Shown piece after piece: positions 1 to 24,043 of a stretch of 64,000 bases of DNA; position 1 is the first letter of the stretch; each line of letters starts with the position of its first letter. The translations under genes and the position numbers were made by a program. This DNA is from the human T2T-CHM13v2.0 reference genome, Homo sapiens. The notes beneath the pieces were generated by a model, which was not told the DNA's origin, made no database searches, and saw only the letters and a list, made by a program, of their open reading frames with translations. The stretch is from the NCBI RefSeq assembly GCF_009914755.1, contig NC_060946.1. One strand, given 5' to 3'.

Positions 1-667
1 TTGGATCTCTTAAACAAACAGGCAATTGCCCAGATGGCCCGACCAGGCCTCCACTCATTGGTTTCTTTCTGGTCCTCTGACTGTTGTGCCTCGCCTGTCT
101 TTCTCCCAGACGTTGTTGGAATTCCCACCTCCACATGCCCACCCCTAGATCCAGCTTCCTGGCTGGTGCCTGGGAGCGTGGCTTCTGCCCGCCCACTGGC
201 CTGGCCTCAGAGGTCTGCCCTACCCTGACGCTAGCAACTGCTCAGACTAGGCAGCCCGTGGATGGAACTGCCTGATGCTGTCCTCCCATGCAAAGAGAAT
301 GGAGCCCTGGAAGAAGGCTCTCTGGAGTCACCCCAACAAAACACCATGTGAGCCTTGCACTTCCTTGCAGTGTGGCAGGGCACATCTCACATGGGTGCTT
401 GCAGGGATGTGGAGGTGGGAATGTGAGAGGGTGGGGAGGGGTGTGGAGTGGCCAGGATCCAGGGGAGAATGCCCCACGGAGACAGAGACCCTTGGCTTGG
501 TATGAAGGGAGCACAAGAAGGAGTAAATCCAGGACACGGCTAGACTGTGGCACCCCTGTGGGAGTGCCCGCACTTAGGGACACATGACCTTGGGGGAATT
601 CTGGACAGCTTAGAGGCTTACTCCATGACAGAAGATACTTCCCTTCTGGAGACCTCAACTTCTCTCT

Positions 668-1210
668 GTGTTAGTTGGCTGAGGCTGCCATCACACAATA
701 TCACAATCTTGGTGACTCAAAAAACAGAAACTTATTTCCTCACAGTTCCCTGGGCTGGAAGTCCAAGATCAAAGTGTTGACAAGCTTGGTTTCTTCTGAG
801 GCCTCAGTGTGCCAACAAGGACCCTTGCTGTCTCTTCCCACTCCGAATTTCCTGTTCCTATAAGGACGCCAGTCAGATTAGATTAGGCCCACCCTAAGGG
901 CCTCCTTTTAATTTAATCACCTCTTTAAAGGTCCTATCTCCAAGTACAGTCACCTTTTGAGGTACTGAGCATTAAGGCTTCAACACACGAGTTTTGGGCC
1001 AGGAGTGGTGGCTCACAACTATAACCCCAACACATTGGGAGGCTGAGATGGGAGGATCCCTTGAGCCCAGGAGGTCGAGGCTCAGTGAGCTATGATCGTG
1101 TCACTGCACTCCAGCCTGGGCAACAGAGCAAGACTCTGTCTCAAAACAAAACAAAACAAAACAAAACAAACCCATGAATTTTGGGGGAGACACCACTCAG
1201 CCAGCAACAC
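668..1210 (-). mobile_element. MaLR LTR (MLT1A/B/C-like), interrupted by an Alu monomer
   Basis: MLT1 hallmarks 'ggctggaagtccaagatcaaagtg', 'ggtttcttctgaggcctc', 'aatcacctctttaaagg', 'atgaattttggggga'. Confidence 0.8.
997..1170 (+). mobile_element. Monomeric Alu (FRAM/AluJ-like) with (CAAAA)n tail
   Basis: Single arm ggccaggagtggtggctcac...gcactccagcctgggcaacagagcaagactctgtctc; degenerate TSD cacgagttttg/catgaattttg. Confidence 0.85.
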
Positions 1211-1369
1211 TGTAAGTATGGAATACTAATACCAACCTATTTCACTAGTTGAGGGAAGTGATTTCAGAAGAGGGGGCTGAGATTTGTCATAATCAGCAGA
1301 CCAAGTTTAGATGTAAGTACCTCCTGCAAAATTTCAGAAAGATCTGTCTTGTCCTTTGTCAACAGAAAA

Positions 1370-1700
1370 AATCACTCCTTCATGCAAGCATTTATTGAGT
1401 GCCTCTCTGTGCCAAGTTGGCTCACTGCAATGCAGATATTATCTGATCTAATCAAGGGGTATTTATTGAGTGGCGTTGGAGGTTAAAGGAGTATCAAACA
1501 AACTTGATCCCAGTCCTGAAGGAGCTTGTAATTCTTGCTGGAAAGGCAAGACCAACTCATAGGAAACAACAGGAACAGCAGCAGGTGATATACAACTGAG
1601 TTCTAAATTGTGTGGTGCAGACTTCAATTGCTGCTGGAATTGGGAATGAGGAAGATCAATGAGGGAGCGGGTCAGCACCAGCTAAATCACTTAGACTGAG
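1370..1700 (-). mobile_element. L2 3' fragment
   Basis: 'cttcatgcaagcatttattgagtgcctctctgtgccaag' resembles the antisense L2 tail. Confidence 0.55.
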
Positions 1701-1768
1701 GCATTCATCAGCCTGAGCCATTGTTCACGCTGCAGACTTTCTGTTCAAAATGGTAAAAGCCAGTCCGA

Positions 1769-2072
1769 GGCTGGGCACGGTGGCTCACGCCTGTAATCCC
1801 AACATTTTGGGAGGCCGAGGCGGGCGGATCACATGAGGTTGGGAGTTCGAGACCAGCCTGACCAACATGGAGAAACCCTGTCTCTACTAAAAATACAAAA
1901 TTAGCCGGGCGTGGTGACGCGTGCCTGTAATCCCAGCTACTCAGGAAGGCTGAGGAAGGAAAATCTCTTGAACCCAGGAGGCAGAGGTTGCAATGAGCTG
2001 AGATCACGCCATTGCACTCTAGCATGGTCAACAAGAGCTAAACTCCGTCTCAAAAAAAAAAAAAAAAAAAAA
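1769..2072 (+). mobile_element. AluS (Sp/Sq-like)
   Basis: Full dimer, poly-A tail, TSD aaaagccagtcc on both sides. Confidence 0.95.
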
Positions 2073-2861
2073 GCCAGTCCAAAAGCCTCAGTCACAGGGA
2101 TGACTCAGGACCTTGAGTTTCATTTCATGTTTCTAATGTCATGAGACAACCGTGGGCCTCGCCCTGCTCAGCAGAGTCCTACCCCCCACTTTCTCCACAC
2201 AGCTTCCCCTACTCAGGGTACATGAAAAAGGGGTTCCCCACCACAACTCTATGGCCACACCCCAGGGGGCAAGTTCAACCAACAGGCCAGGCGAATGAGC
2301 CCCATCTGTGCCCCATTCCCACCTGATCGGACCCCACAGCCCTTTGGGAGCACTCAGATACTGGTGAGAATGCCCCTGTTTGCTTGGGGGGCCCGTGGCT
2401 ACTTATTGACGGCACAGGGCATCTGTTGAGAAGATGCAGGCAGGGGAGGGAAGGAGAGAAAGACAAGAGGAGCCTATGCAATTGGCGAGAGACACAGAGG
2501 ACAGAGAACATGCGGAACTGAGGACTAGAACGGATTTCTGGCCTGACCCGTTCTGGGGGACTCCTTTTAGACCAGGGGTCTGTGTTGGCCCGTGAGTGCA
2601 GCTGGGCTCTCTCCACCTCTTTTCAGCCTCCTCTGCCACTCTGAAAGGCCCCAGGTTTTATTCCCGGTTCACATTGCCGCACCCATAACCCAGGGAATGT
2701 GGCAGCCCCTGCTGGGGTTTCACAGGCGTGCAGAGGGTGCCTCTGGGTAGGGCTTCATTCCTCTATGGGCAGGAGTCCCTGGGCACTGACCACGCCCTAG
2801 TGACAGCCAGAGTGCCTTCATTCCAAGTGCTATATTAGCAGTATCTTAAAAACCTGTCTGA

Positions 2862-3489
<628 letters not shown>

Positions 3490-3814
3490 GAGAATTCACT
3501 TTTGCTGAGAAAGTAATGGAGGTCCCACGGCCATTTTAGGAGCAACATTTGTTGGGGTGGAGTGGAGATCGGTAGTGCAAAATTGACCCTCCTAGATTAC
3601 CCAAGAAAAATGAGCCCAAATCTGAACTTCTGAAGACACAACTTGAATTCACCACCTTTTTAAAATCTTTTTTTTTTTTTGAGACAGAGTCTAGCTCTGT
3701 CGCCCAGACTGGAGTGCAGTGGCGCGACCTCGGCTCACTGCAAGCTCCACCTCATTTAGTTCAGGTACTAAACGGGTCACTGGGCTTAGTGGCAAGAGTT
3801 CCTAATGAGAAATA

Positions 3815-4040
3815 CTACTTGAGGACTTACATTGTGCCAGATGCTTTACATGTGTGGCATCATTTAATCTTCCAGATATTATAACCATTGTCATTGTAGA
3901 GATGAGAAAACTGAGTCCTGAAAAGCTGACTAGTCTGGGGACATCACTTGTTCAAGGTCACATGGCTAGTCGTTGAGGAAAGCAGAATTGAACTCAGGTG
4001 ACTCCATGGCCCATGTATGAACCACTGGGCCACACTCCCT
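3815..4040 (-). mobile_element. MIR
   Basis: 'gatgagaaaactgag...cacttgttcaaggtcacatggctagt' is the antisense MIR core. Confidence 0.75.
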
Positions 4041-4133
4041 CACTTATAAGCTGATGTTGTCAGTTCTCACTATCAGCAGGGTTGGTGCCTCTACAAAACC
4101 ACAATCAGGAAGGGAGAAAGGCCTTAGGAATAA

Positions 4134-6005
<1,872 letters not shown>

Positions 6006-6294
6006 GCAAGTGCTTCATCCTCACCAAAAAGGAGCTATTCTTTTTACTTGGGCAACCTTCTCTGAAAGCAAAGTCACCTGTCTTGTAATGAAGCTTCGCA
6101 ATTAGGGTTTACACACGATGTGGCAAAGGAACGCTCACAGTTTGCTGTCTCTTTGGCATCAACTTCTCCCTGCACATAAAGCGGGCATTTCTCGAGCCTG
6201 GCTTTTTGGCTTTCCTTTGCTAGGCTCCATGTAGACACACTGCCCTTTGGGGAGCTGTTGACAGGGTTGATTAGAGAATGACTATCTTCGGTTA

Positions 6295-6815
6295 CTATGG
6301 GAGACACTGCTGGTTGTCCACCCAGTTCCTCCTTTGTTCCTTACTATTTTGTTCACAGTGGCAATATTTTCAGGGAAGGTGAACCCAGCCCTAAGGAGTG
6401 AACTATGATTGGATAGCTCACTCTGCGGATTCCAGGTTTCCTTGTGATTGGATAGAACGCTGCGGATTCCAGGCTTCGTTGTGATTGGATAGAACTTAGC
6501 GGATTCCAGGCTTCCTTGTGATTGGCTAGAACTCTGCGGATTCCAGGCTTCCTTGTGATTGGATAGCTCACTCTGTGGATTCCAGGCTTCCTTGACAGTA
6601 ACTGGCTTAGGAGTAGGCATATGACCCATTCTACTCAAAGAGGCATAAGCGGACACTGACGTTTGCTGGCAGGGGATGAGGAGCTTGGAAAAGATCCTCC
6701 TCCCGTTTTGCCATCTTTGTTTCTTGCCACAATAGGATGTAACCATTGGCGCTGCAGCAGCCACCCTGCGACCATGAATGGAGAGCCAAGAGAATGGCAG
6801 AGGGTAAAACACAGC
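6295..6815 (+). mobile_element. Old ERVL-class LTR (LTR16/LTR33-like)
   Basis: 'gagacactgctggttg', 'ggcatatgacccattct', 'gcagcagccaccctgcgaccatga...gagccaagagaatggcagag' resemble this LTR family. Confidence 0.6.
6406..6594. repeat. Minisatellite of 5 units (39/37/37/37/39 bp), each with an inverted CCAAT box
   Basis: Units start at 6406, 6445, 6482, 6519 and 6556; consensus tgattggatag(ctca/aa)ctctgcggattccaggcttccttg. Confidence 0.95.
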
Positions 6816-6864
6816 TTTCCCATTGTTTTGTTTTCTTTTGTTTTGTTTTGTTTTTTGTTTTGTG

Positions 6865-7265
<401 letters not shown>

Positions 7266-7275
7266 TCGCCACTAA

Positions 7276-9120
<1,845 letters not shown>

Positions 9121-9639
9121 CTGAAAAACTGCAGAGCTTAGTCTGTGTCCAAAGTCTGTTGTTTCCTTATGTGATGCCACATCACCGCTACTCAGTTCCA
9201 GGACAAGGAGACCAGAGCTGTTGTCAAGCTCCTGGTAGGTCCTTCAGCTGCAGCCCATGCTCTCTGGGTGACTGATTTCTGGCTGTGGGTTCTTGCCCCA
9301 GAATCTGAGCCTGAGCCGGCCTCCTGAGCATGGTGGGGAAGTGGGACTCCCTGCTTTGGTGCACATCCAGAGATTAGTTATAGGAGCTTGCCGAGGGAAG
9401 TCTCCAGGCTCCACCTACTGCCACTTCTGTCTCTCTTTTGCCTTTTCTCCACCTAGGAGTGGAAGCCTGACCCAAGCCTCCACCCTGGAAATGGCCTGCC
9501 AGTGACAGCCTCCAGTGGAACGGCAGAACCACAGGCAACATCCAGGATGTGTTCTTGCCAAAAATGTTTTATCAGCATCAAATCAAGCATCTTAGATCTA
9601 AATTTCAGTTTGCAGGAAATATGCAGATAAAGAAACAAG

Positions 9640-11410
<1,771 letters not shown>

Positions 11411-11784
11411 GATGGAGATGTAAAGACAGGGCCTCTCAGCTGATGGTGTTTGCCTACCTGGTTCCCTCTCTTGGTCTTCTGCCCAGATATTGGCCCCACT
11501 GCTATTCCAGCCTGGATCCCCTGAGGCTTGAATGAGTTTAGGGACTTGCTGGGCCCCTAGAATCAGACCAGGAAACACTCGATCTGGGGCTGGACAACTA
11601 AGGCAGGATTCTTAATTGGTATATTAGAGATGAAGACAAACATGTCTCCCATAAGGGCAGCCTTTGGGAGACACAGCCCCTACACAGAAAAGCGAGAGTC
11701 CCTCCTGGGCATTTCTCCCAGTGTGAAGAGGAACACAGTAAAAGGATTAGCAGCAAGGATGGACCCAGAATTTAGAGCCATTTA

Positions 11785-15313
<3,529 letters not shown>

Positions 15314-16189
15314 TAAGGGGCGATTTTATTGGGTTATCCTGTCTCTGGAGAAGGAAACAGGCCACAGTCAATGAAATTAGCATTCTAAAAGCAAGAGAAT
15401 CTGTAAAGTAGAAAAGGACCTTGAGATGGGAGCATGCGTTTTACACAGGAAGGCCCAGATTTGGCCCAGTCTGCCCCAAGACCACCTAACTTGTCAGTAG
15501 CAAAGCTGGGATGAATAAAAGCTCAGCTTCCTGACTCCCTGTCCCCAGTTCTTTCCACCACTCCAGCCGGCCACTCCCAATCCCCCTGCTAAGCCAACCC
15601 ACCTACAGTGTCACTGTCCCTCATTCCCAAATCCCTTACTCAATCCCCCACAGCCTTTTCCATCCTTCCTGCCTTTCTAGCGCTATAGGGTTGGCGGGGC
15701 AGAGTGCTCAGAGACCAGCAAGCTGGGATGTGGGGTCTTCCCGAGGTGGTGCGGGATGTTTTGGCTGCTTAGAGGAGGAGCAGGGCAGGCATCTGCAAAA
15801 GGCATCTGCATTTCTTACACACTCCCTAACTGCCAGGCCCAGTGCCAGATCGCAGACCCTTTGTCAACAGAGATGCCCTGGCTTTGTAAACCAAGAGGGA
15901 GGCAGAAAAAGTCCTCTAGCAACACAGACTGGCCTCTGGGGGAGGCGGGAGAGGGAATTGTCTACGAAAGTTCTCATTTAAACAAACAAACAACAAGATG
16001 AAAATAATAAGCTAGGCAAAGAGCCAAGGGGGAACAGCAAGCAAACTCCTGAAATTGCACTGTAATTAAAGCATAGCTGCCTTCCAGATTCTCAAGTGCT
16101 GAGATGGGCTGGAGGGATGTTTACTAACCTGGTCAAAAGACATCAGGGCAAATTAAGCTCATCCCAGCCTTGCCTCCAAACACTTTAGA

Positions 16190-16217
16190 ATGCAAATGAG
16201 ACATGCCAAATTTGCAT
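16190..16217. promoter_or_regulatory. Two perfect octamer (POU/OCT) motifs in inverted orientation
   Basis: ATGCAAAT 16190-16197, 12-nt spacer, ATTTGCAT 16210-16217. Confidence 0.5.
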
Positions 16218-16499
16218 CTGGGGCATGAAGGGGACCAATAAGTAACCTGTACAGGTCTTGAGCGTTTGGTGAGAAGAATCCAAACTGGCCACTGTGAAGG
16301 GAGGCACTGGGGAATGCTGAGCAGGGGGTGGGGTGGCTATCCTGTTTCACCAGAGATGATTTTTTTTTTGGTTTGGTCCAGGCCGATCTCGAGGCTAGGA
16401 GCTAGCTGACTAGCCCTCCAGGACCATGCCAATTCACATATGAGAGTACACCAGACTTAGGCCCAGGAAGATTTACATGAGTTTGTGCCAGTATTAACC

Positions 16500-17130
16500 C
16501 CCGGAGATGCCTACCCAATCAGAGCCATTGCGCCAAGGCAAGGAAGGCATTGCCAGGGCGTTTGCATGACAGAAACTAGCATATGGGCTCAAGAGAAACC
16601 TTTCTGGGCAGCGGGAGGGAGGGCCATACCCACATGAATCACTCTCTGGTGGTTTTGCTTTGGTTTCAGAACCTGTGGCTAAGGCAGAAGGACCAGTAGG
16701 GCCCCTGGCCGCGTTGATTTTTCTCCTCCCAGCTGCTTCTGTCTCTCTCTCAGGCTCCTGGAAACAAAACAGCTGAGCAGATAAACAAGTCACCACCTGC
16801 TCCCTCCTCCCCCGTGACACCGCCCCTGTCCCCAAGTCCCACCCCTTCTTCTTGCACTCTCTCCCTCCATTCCTCCCTGAAGCCAAACTTCCGGCAGCAG
16901 CTGCAGCTGCTCTCTCCCCTCCCATGCCTGCCTCCCCAGCACAGTCCCCTGCCGCAGCCCCTGCCCCACCAATGGCAAATGAGGAACATGTGTATAGAGC
17001 CCTGGGCTCTCCCTCCTCCTGAGGCCATTTCCAACAAAACACTTGTGCTTTCTGAAAGTAAGATGTGGAGCTCTGGAGTCCCCAAGGAAAACGGGTTTAT
17101 GGCATCCGCCAGCCCTGGAGCCAGTGAGTG
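16500..17130. promoter_or_regulatory. Candidate enhancer/promoter in unique sequence
   Basis: CCAATCAG 16515; CAGCTG at 16730, 16770, 16898 and 16904; AGATAA/ATAAACA 16779-16787; ETS ACTTCCGG 16887-16894; CCAAT 16969. Confidence 0.45.
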
Positions 17131-17701
17131 TCTGGCCCCTTGGCCCAGAGCCCCACTGCCAGGCACAGGCAAACTGGGAGGAAGGGGTTAATCTGAGCAG
17201 AGGAGGCCAGGAGGGGCCCAGCTCCATTCCCGACTGCAGGGGATGCTCATCCCCGGGATGGAGGTCAGCAGGAAGCAGCTCAAAGAGGCCAGGAGGCCAA
17301 GGCCCAGTTTAAACACTGAATGAAGGCCACCTTTTCAGTAGCATGCACATGTGTGCATGCACACACACGTACACACTCATACACACATGTTACCATGCAC
17401 ATAGTATCCTCTTATTAACAACGTTAAGGTTGTCACGACAGACTCTGGGTTTGGTGTCGGAAGCCCTGCATCAGGGCTGTTTAATAAGTCCCCAGCGCCA
17501 ATGGTAGGCACTATGGAGGCCCAAACTGTTGGGGAGGGGAACCTCAGAGTGCCTTCTCCCAGGGAGGGGTGTGTGTGCCAGGAGCTGGGTGATGGAGCTC
17601 CTCCAGAGCTTTTCTTGGAAGTTCAGAGTTTAACTCTGGGTTAGTAGGGCTCACCTTAGTTCTGAGGCATGTAGGTGAAGACACTGCAATTAGGAAGGTG
17701 A

Positions 17702-18741
<1,040 letters not shown>

Positions 18742-19339
18742 CCACATTTCCCCAGAACTCTATCTTTCCTGCTTGTGGACAAGGCAGGGGATGGATTTGG
18801 CGTCTGAGAAAGACAAACACAACCTTTAATTTGCTGACTGTCTCATACCTGTCTGCACAGCCTGCTGCTGTTTCGTGTGGAAAGTAACAGTAGCCTGGAT
18901 AGCTCACAGCTGGGTTTGAAACAGTTAATGGCTGAGTGACCTTGAACAAATTACTTGACCTCCCTGAGCCTGTCTTCTCATTGGTAAAATGTTAACAATA
19001 TCTGGCTCTGACTCAGAGTTAAATTACTCTTTTGTTTTTCAGGTGGAATTAAGTGACAAGGCAAAGCTAATGTAAGATACATAAAACACCAAAAACACCA
19101 AGCATTCTGCCGTGAACCCATTTGGTGCTCAATAAAATCATTGCCCTTTTTTTGGTGTTTTGTTGGAGACAAAACGGAAACACCAAATGGCTGGTGGAAG
19201 TGGTAGGAAAAAAGGAGACCAAAAACCCAGTGGCTCTGAAGAGGTACCTGCAGACCCACTGGGCAGGGTAGAGAGGAGCCCAGTGGGAACTTTTCTGCCA
19301 GGAGAAATCAGCGGGCAGAGCTCTTCTTCCCATTTGTCC

Positions 19340-19535
19340 AGCAGGGCTTCTCATCCTCAGCACTGCTGACATTTGCGCCAGATATTTCTTTGTTTTGGAG
19401 GCTGTCCTGTGCACTGTCGGATGTTTAGCAGCATCGTCAGCCTCTACTCTCCAGGTGAAGTAGCAAGTTGTCTGCCTCCCGCAGTTATGACAATCAGAAT
19501 GTCCTGGTGGAGGGGGGCAGAATCACCCTGTGAGC
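19340..19535. mobile_element. MER20 (hAT-Charlie DNA transposon)
   Basis: 'ttctcatcctcagcactgctgacatttg...ggctgtcctgtgcactgtcggatgtttagcagcatc...ggggcagaatcaccc'. Confidence 0.85.
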
Positions 19536-20176
19536 TCCGCTATAGAGCTCAGAGCCCCACCTCCTTTAGGAGTCTGAGCCAAGGCTGCGTCCACAGGAGG
19601 GAGTCACTGACGGTTGGAGGACTGATATTCACCAATACCTTTCCCACAAACAAGAGATGCCTGAGAAAGACCTGGTCATGCAGGAGGTGGTGAGTGGCTA
19701 CTGGAAGAAATATGGTGGCTGGGGGAGGGGCAAGGGAGAAGCCTGCCTGCGGTTGAGCAGGCTGGCTGGAGAGCCAAGGCCAGTGCCCACTAGTGACTCT
19801 CCCGAGGGGTGTTGCCTTGGTGGGCTTCCCCGCTCTGGCCTTTTGTCACCTTGTTTGCTGAATCCAGGTAAAATTTTTGACCAAATTGGAAAGCAATTCC
19901 GGGGAGTTGGAGTCAGATCTGTCCCTACCCTTGCTGTTGCTAATGAGCTGTATGACCTTAGTTGAGCCATTTGATCTCTCTGCAACTGTTTCTTGGGCTG
20001 TGAAACATGGGGGTTGGAGTCTCTGATTTCTAAGGTCCTTTTCAGCTGTAAGTTCTAAGGCCTGTGAATACCACAGTGTGATGAAGCCAACTGGGTGGTG
20101 GTGAGGGCCTTGTAAGTTTCAGTCTTACTGCAAGCCGGCGATAGAATTCTCCCCATGTCTTTGTTAAGAACTCTTG

Positions 20177-21440
<1,264 letters not shown>

Positions 21441-22950
21441 GCAAGTATTTATTGGCTATAGTGCAGCAGGCACTGTGCTAGGCCCTGAGATAGTGGAGAT
21501 GAGGGACAGGACTCCTGGTCTGCAGCAACTCACCAGCAGGTAGGGAAAGAAGCAGGGAGCAATGACAGTACCCTGAGAGGGCCGTGACAGAGCCAGGTGG
21601 GAGAGGCATCGACACGGGGAGGGCAGCAGGCGCTGACTGCGGGCTCAGGCAGGCATGTGAAGTAGTGACCGCACTGCCTGTTGAAGCAGGGCCAGTGGTG
21701 TTCACCGGAGTTAAGCAGACAGAGCAGTGGGGAGGTGGGAGAAGCTCAGGTGCCAATGAGCCCGACCCTCAGTGCTTCTGCAGAAGTGAATGCAGTCAAG
21801 CAAGGTGGAGTGTGCATGGGATGATGGTAAGAAATGAGCCTGAAGGTTGGCGTCAGAAAGAAGGGACGTACACAAGAAATGTTTCCTTTATATTAGACAC
21901 ACTATTTCCCTTTTTGACCTAACCACCAGGCAGCTCGGAACCAACTTTTAGGTTCAAATGTTGCAGCACTTCCTTGAATCCTACTTTTCTGATGGGCTTA
22001 TTCCTTAGCCCCAGCTTTCTCTAGACCCTGGATCTCAACCTTTAATCTGGTTTTGGGGTTTCTGGCACTTGTGCCATTAATGATAAACTGCCTTGAATCT
22101 TTTTGGATACACTGAACATATGTGGTGTGTAAATAAACAAATGAACTATAAAATACAAACATGCACAGATAAGAGTGAAGTCAGAGCCTTTAGAGTGCGC
22201 TACGCCAGGGCGGCAGCATCCCTGGTGCCCGGTCAGCGCCTGGCACATCATAGGAGCGCAATCAACAGCGGGTGACACAGAATGGCGGCAGAGAACATTT
22301 CACCTAAAAGAAGGCTTCTCCACAGAGCACACCAGGACGGACCCCCAGAACCACTGGCTGGCTGTATCCCACCTTCAGGTTCTTGATTGGAGACTCCTTC
22401 ATGTATCGTTCACTGATCCTTGTGGCTGAAAGTCTTGTTGCTCCAGCCAGATGGCAAACTACACCTCAAGGACAGACACTTGTCATACATGCCTGTGTCC
22501 CCCAGAGCTGCACCCAGCACAGAGCTGGTCACAAAGTGGCCTCCCCAAATTTCTGTGGCTTTAGCCTAACAAACACCTGCAATTCCTTATAGCTGAACAA
22601 AGATGAATGACCCTAACCCGTTCAAGTCAGGCTGGACTCCTTCCACTCTGATCATACATTTGGTTTTACAAAGCGCTGAGCGACAGGAAGAAAGAATGGC
22701 TCTTACTGGCCGAGTTGAAGGGCTTCGAGCACATTTTTCTCAACAGCACAATCTGGCTCCCTGACACAAAAGGCAGGGAAAGGAAGGGGCAGCGGCTCCC
22801 AATGAACAGAGACGGATGGCGGCCGGGCCTCTGCCGCCACTGCTGTGCCCACTGGGCAGACCAGCCACATCTCCTGGCTCAGGCCAAAGACTAGGGCAGA
22901 TGACACATGGGGTACTCACAGGAGAGCTGTGCTCAGGGCTTCCTGCTGGC

Positions 22951-23082
22951 CCCGGAACCTTCCAGAATGGCCTCTCACACACTCCCCGCCCTCCCTCCTT
23001 CTCTCTGTCTCTCCCGGAACCTTCCAGAGTGGGCTCTCACACACTCCCCTCCCTCCCTCCTTCTCTGTCTCTCTCTCTCTCT
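22951..23082. repeat. 62-bp tandem duplication containing a heat-shock-element motif
   Basis: cccggaaccttccaga...ctctcacacactcccc..ccctccttctct at 22951 and 23013. Confidence 0.9.
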
Positions 23083-23733
23083 CAGTGAAAGGACTTCCTT
23101 GGCAAGAGTGTCAGGTTTCAGTTGTCTGTGTCCTGGGAAATTACAAGATCTTTCCCCTTTCTCTTTTTAGCTAGGATTACACATGCAGAGCCATTTGGCT
23201 CCCCTGGCCTGCGCAGCTGCTGCCGGCCGGGCCGGGGGATCATGCCAGGCAGCCCAGCCAGAGGTGAGCTGGGTCACAGGGGTGAGCTGCCAGGCCTGCT
23301 CACCCCTCTTCTTGGTGTGATCCCCTCAAGTCCAATCCCCAGGGACCTTCCCCAGGAATGCTGAGAGCACCAGCTGTCCCGGCCATGTCAGGCATCTGGC
23401 CACCAGGTCTCCTTCCACTCCAGGGGCAACCACCGCCAGAGGGAAAAACGGAAACACCAGGTTATTTGTGATCTGCATACTCACTCCTCGTTTAGAGAGA
23501 CAAGCAGGAGGCCAGGGGAATAGATGGGACTGTGGGAACAGCCAAGGGCAGAGGGTGAAGGGCGGCGATCAGAAGGAAAGACGGAATGCCCACACATTCC
23601 CTGCCGCTCCCGGCTCCAGCCGTGGAGGAAGCGGGGCTCGGAGGACATTGCACCAGACAGGTCTTGTTTAGAAAATTGGAAAAGAACAAATATTGATTAC
23701 AAGAGTGCAGGAGAATGGGCCCTTCCATCATCA

Positions 23734-24043
<310 letters not shown>

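Noticed and set aside
6406-6594. CRISPR-like periodicity
   Set aside because: Head-to-tail repeats with no unique spacers, eukaryotic context and no cas genes
6282-6812. 176-aa ORF with repeated NHKEAWNPQS
   Set aside because: Product of the minisatellite within an LTR; no coding or splice support
16494-17312. Overlapping 125-182 aa ORFs on both strands
   Set aside because: GC-rich, stop-poor sequence with no recognisable domain
22442-23445. CTCF-like motifs cagccagatggca (~22444) and ccgccagaggga (~23433)
   Set aside because: Each has a core mismatch; such matches are common by chance without ChIP data
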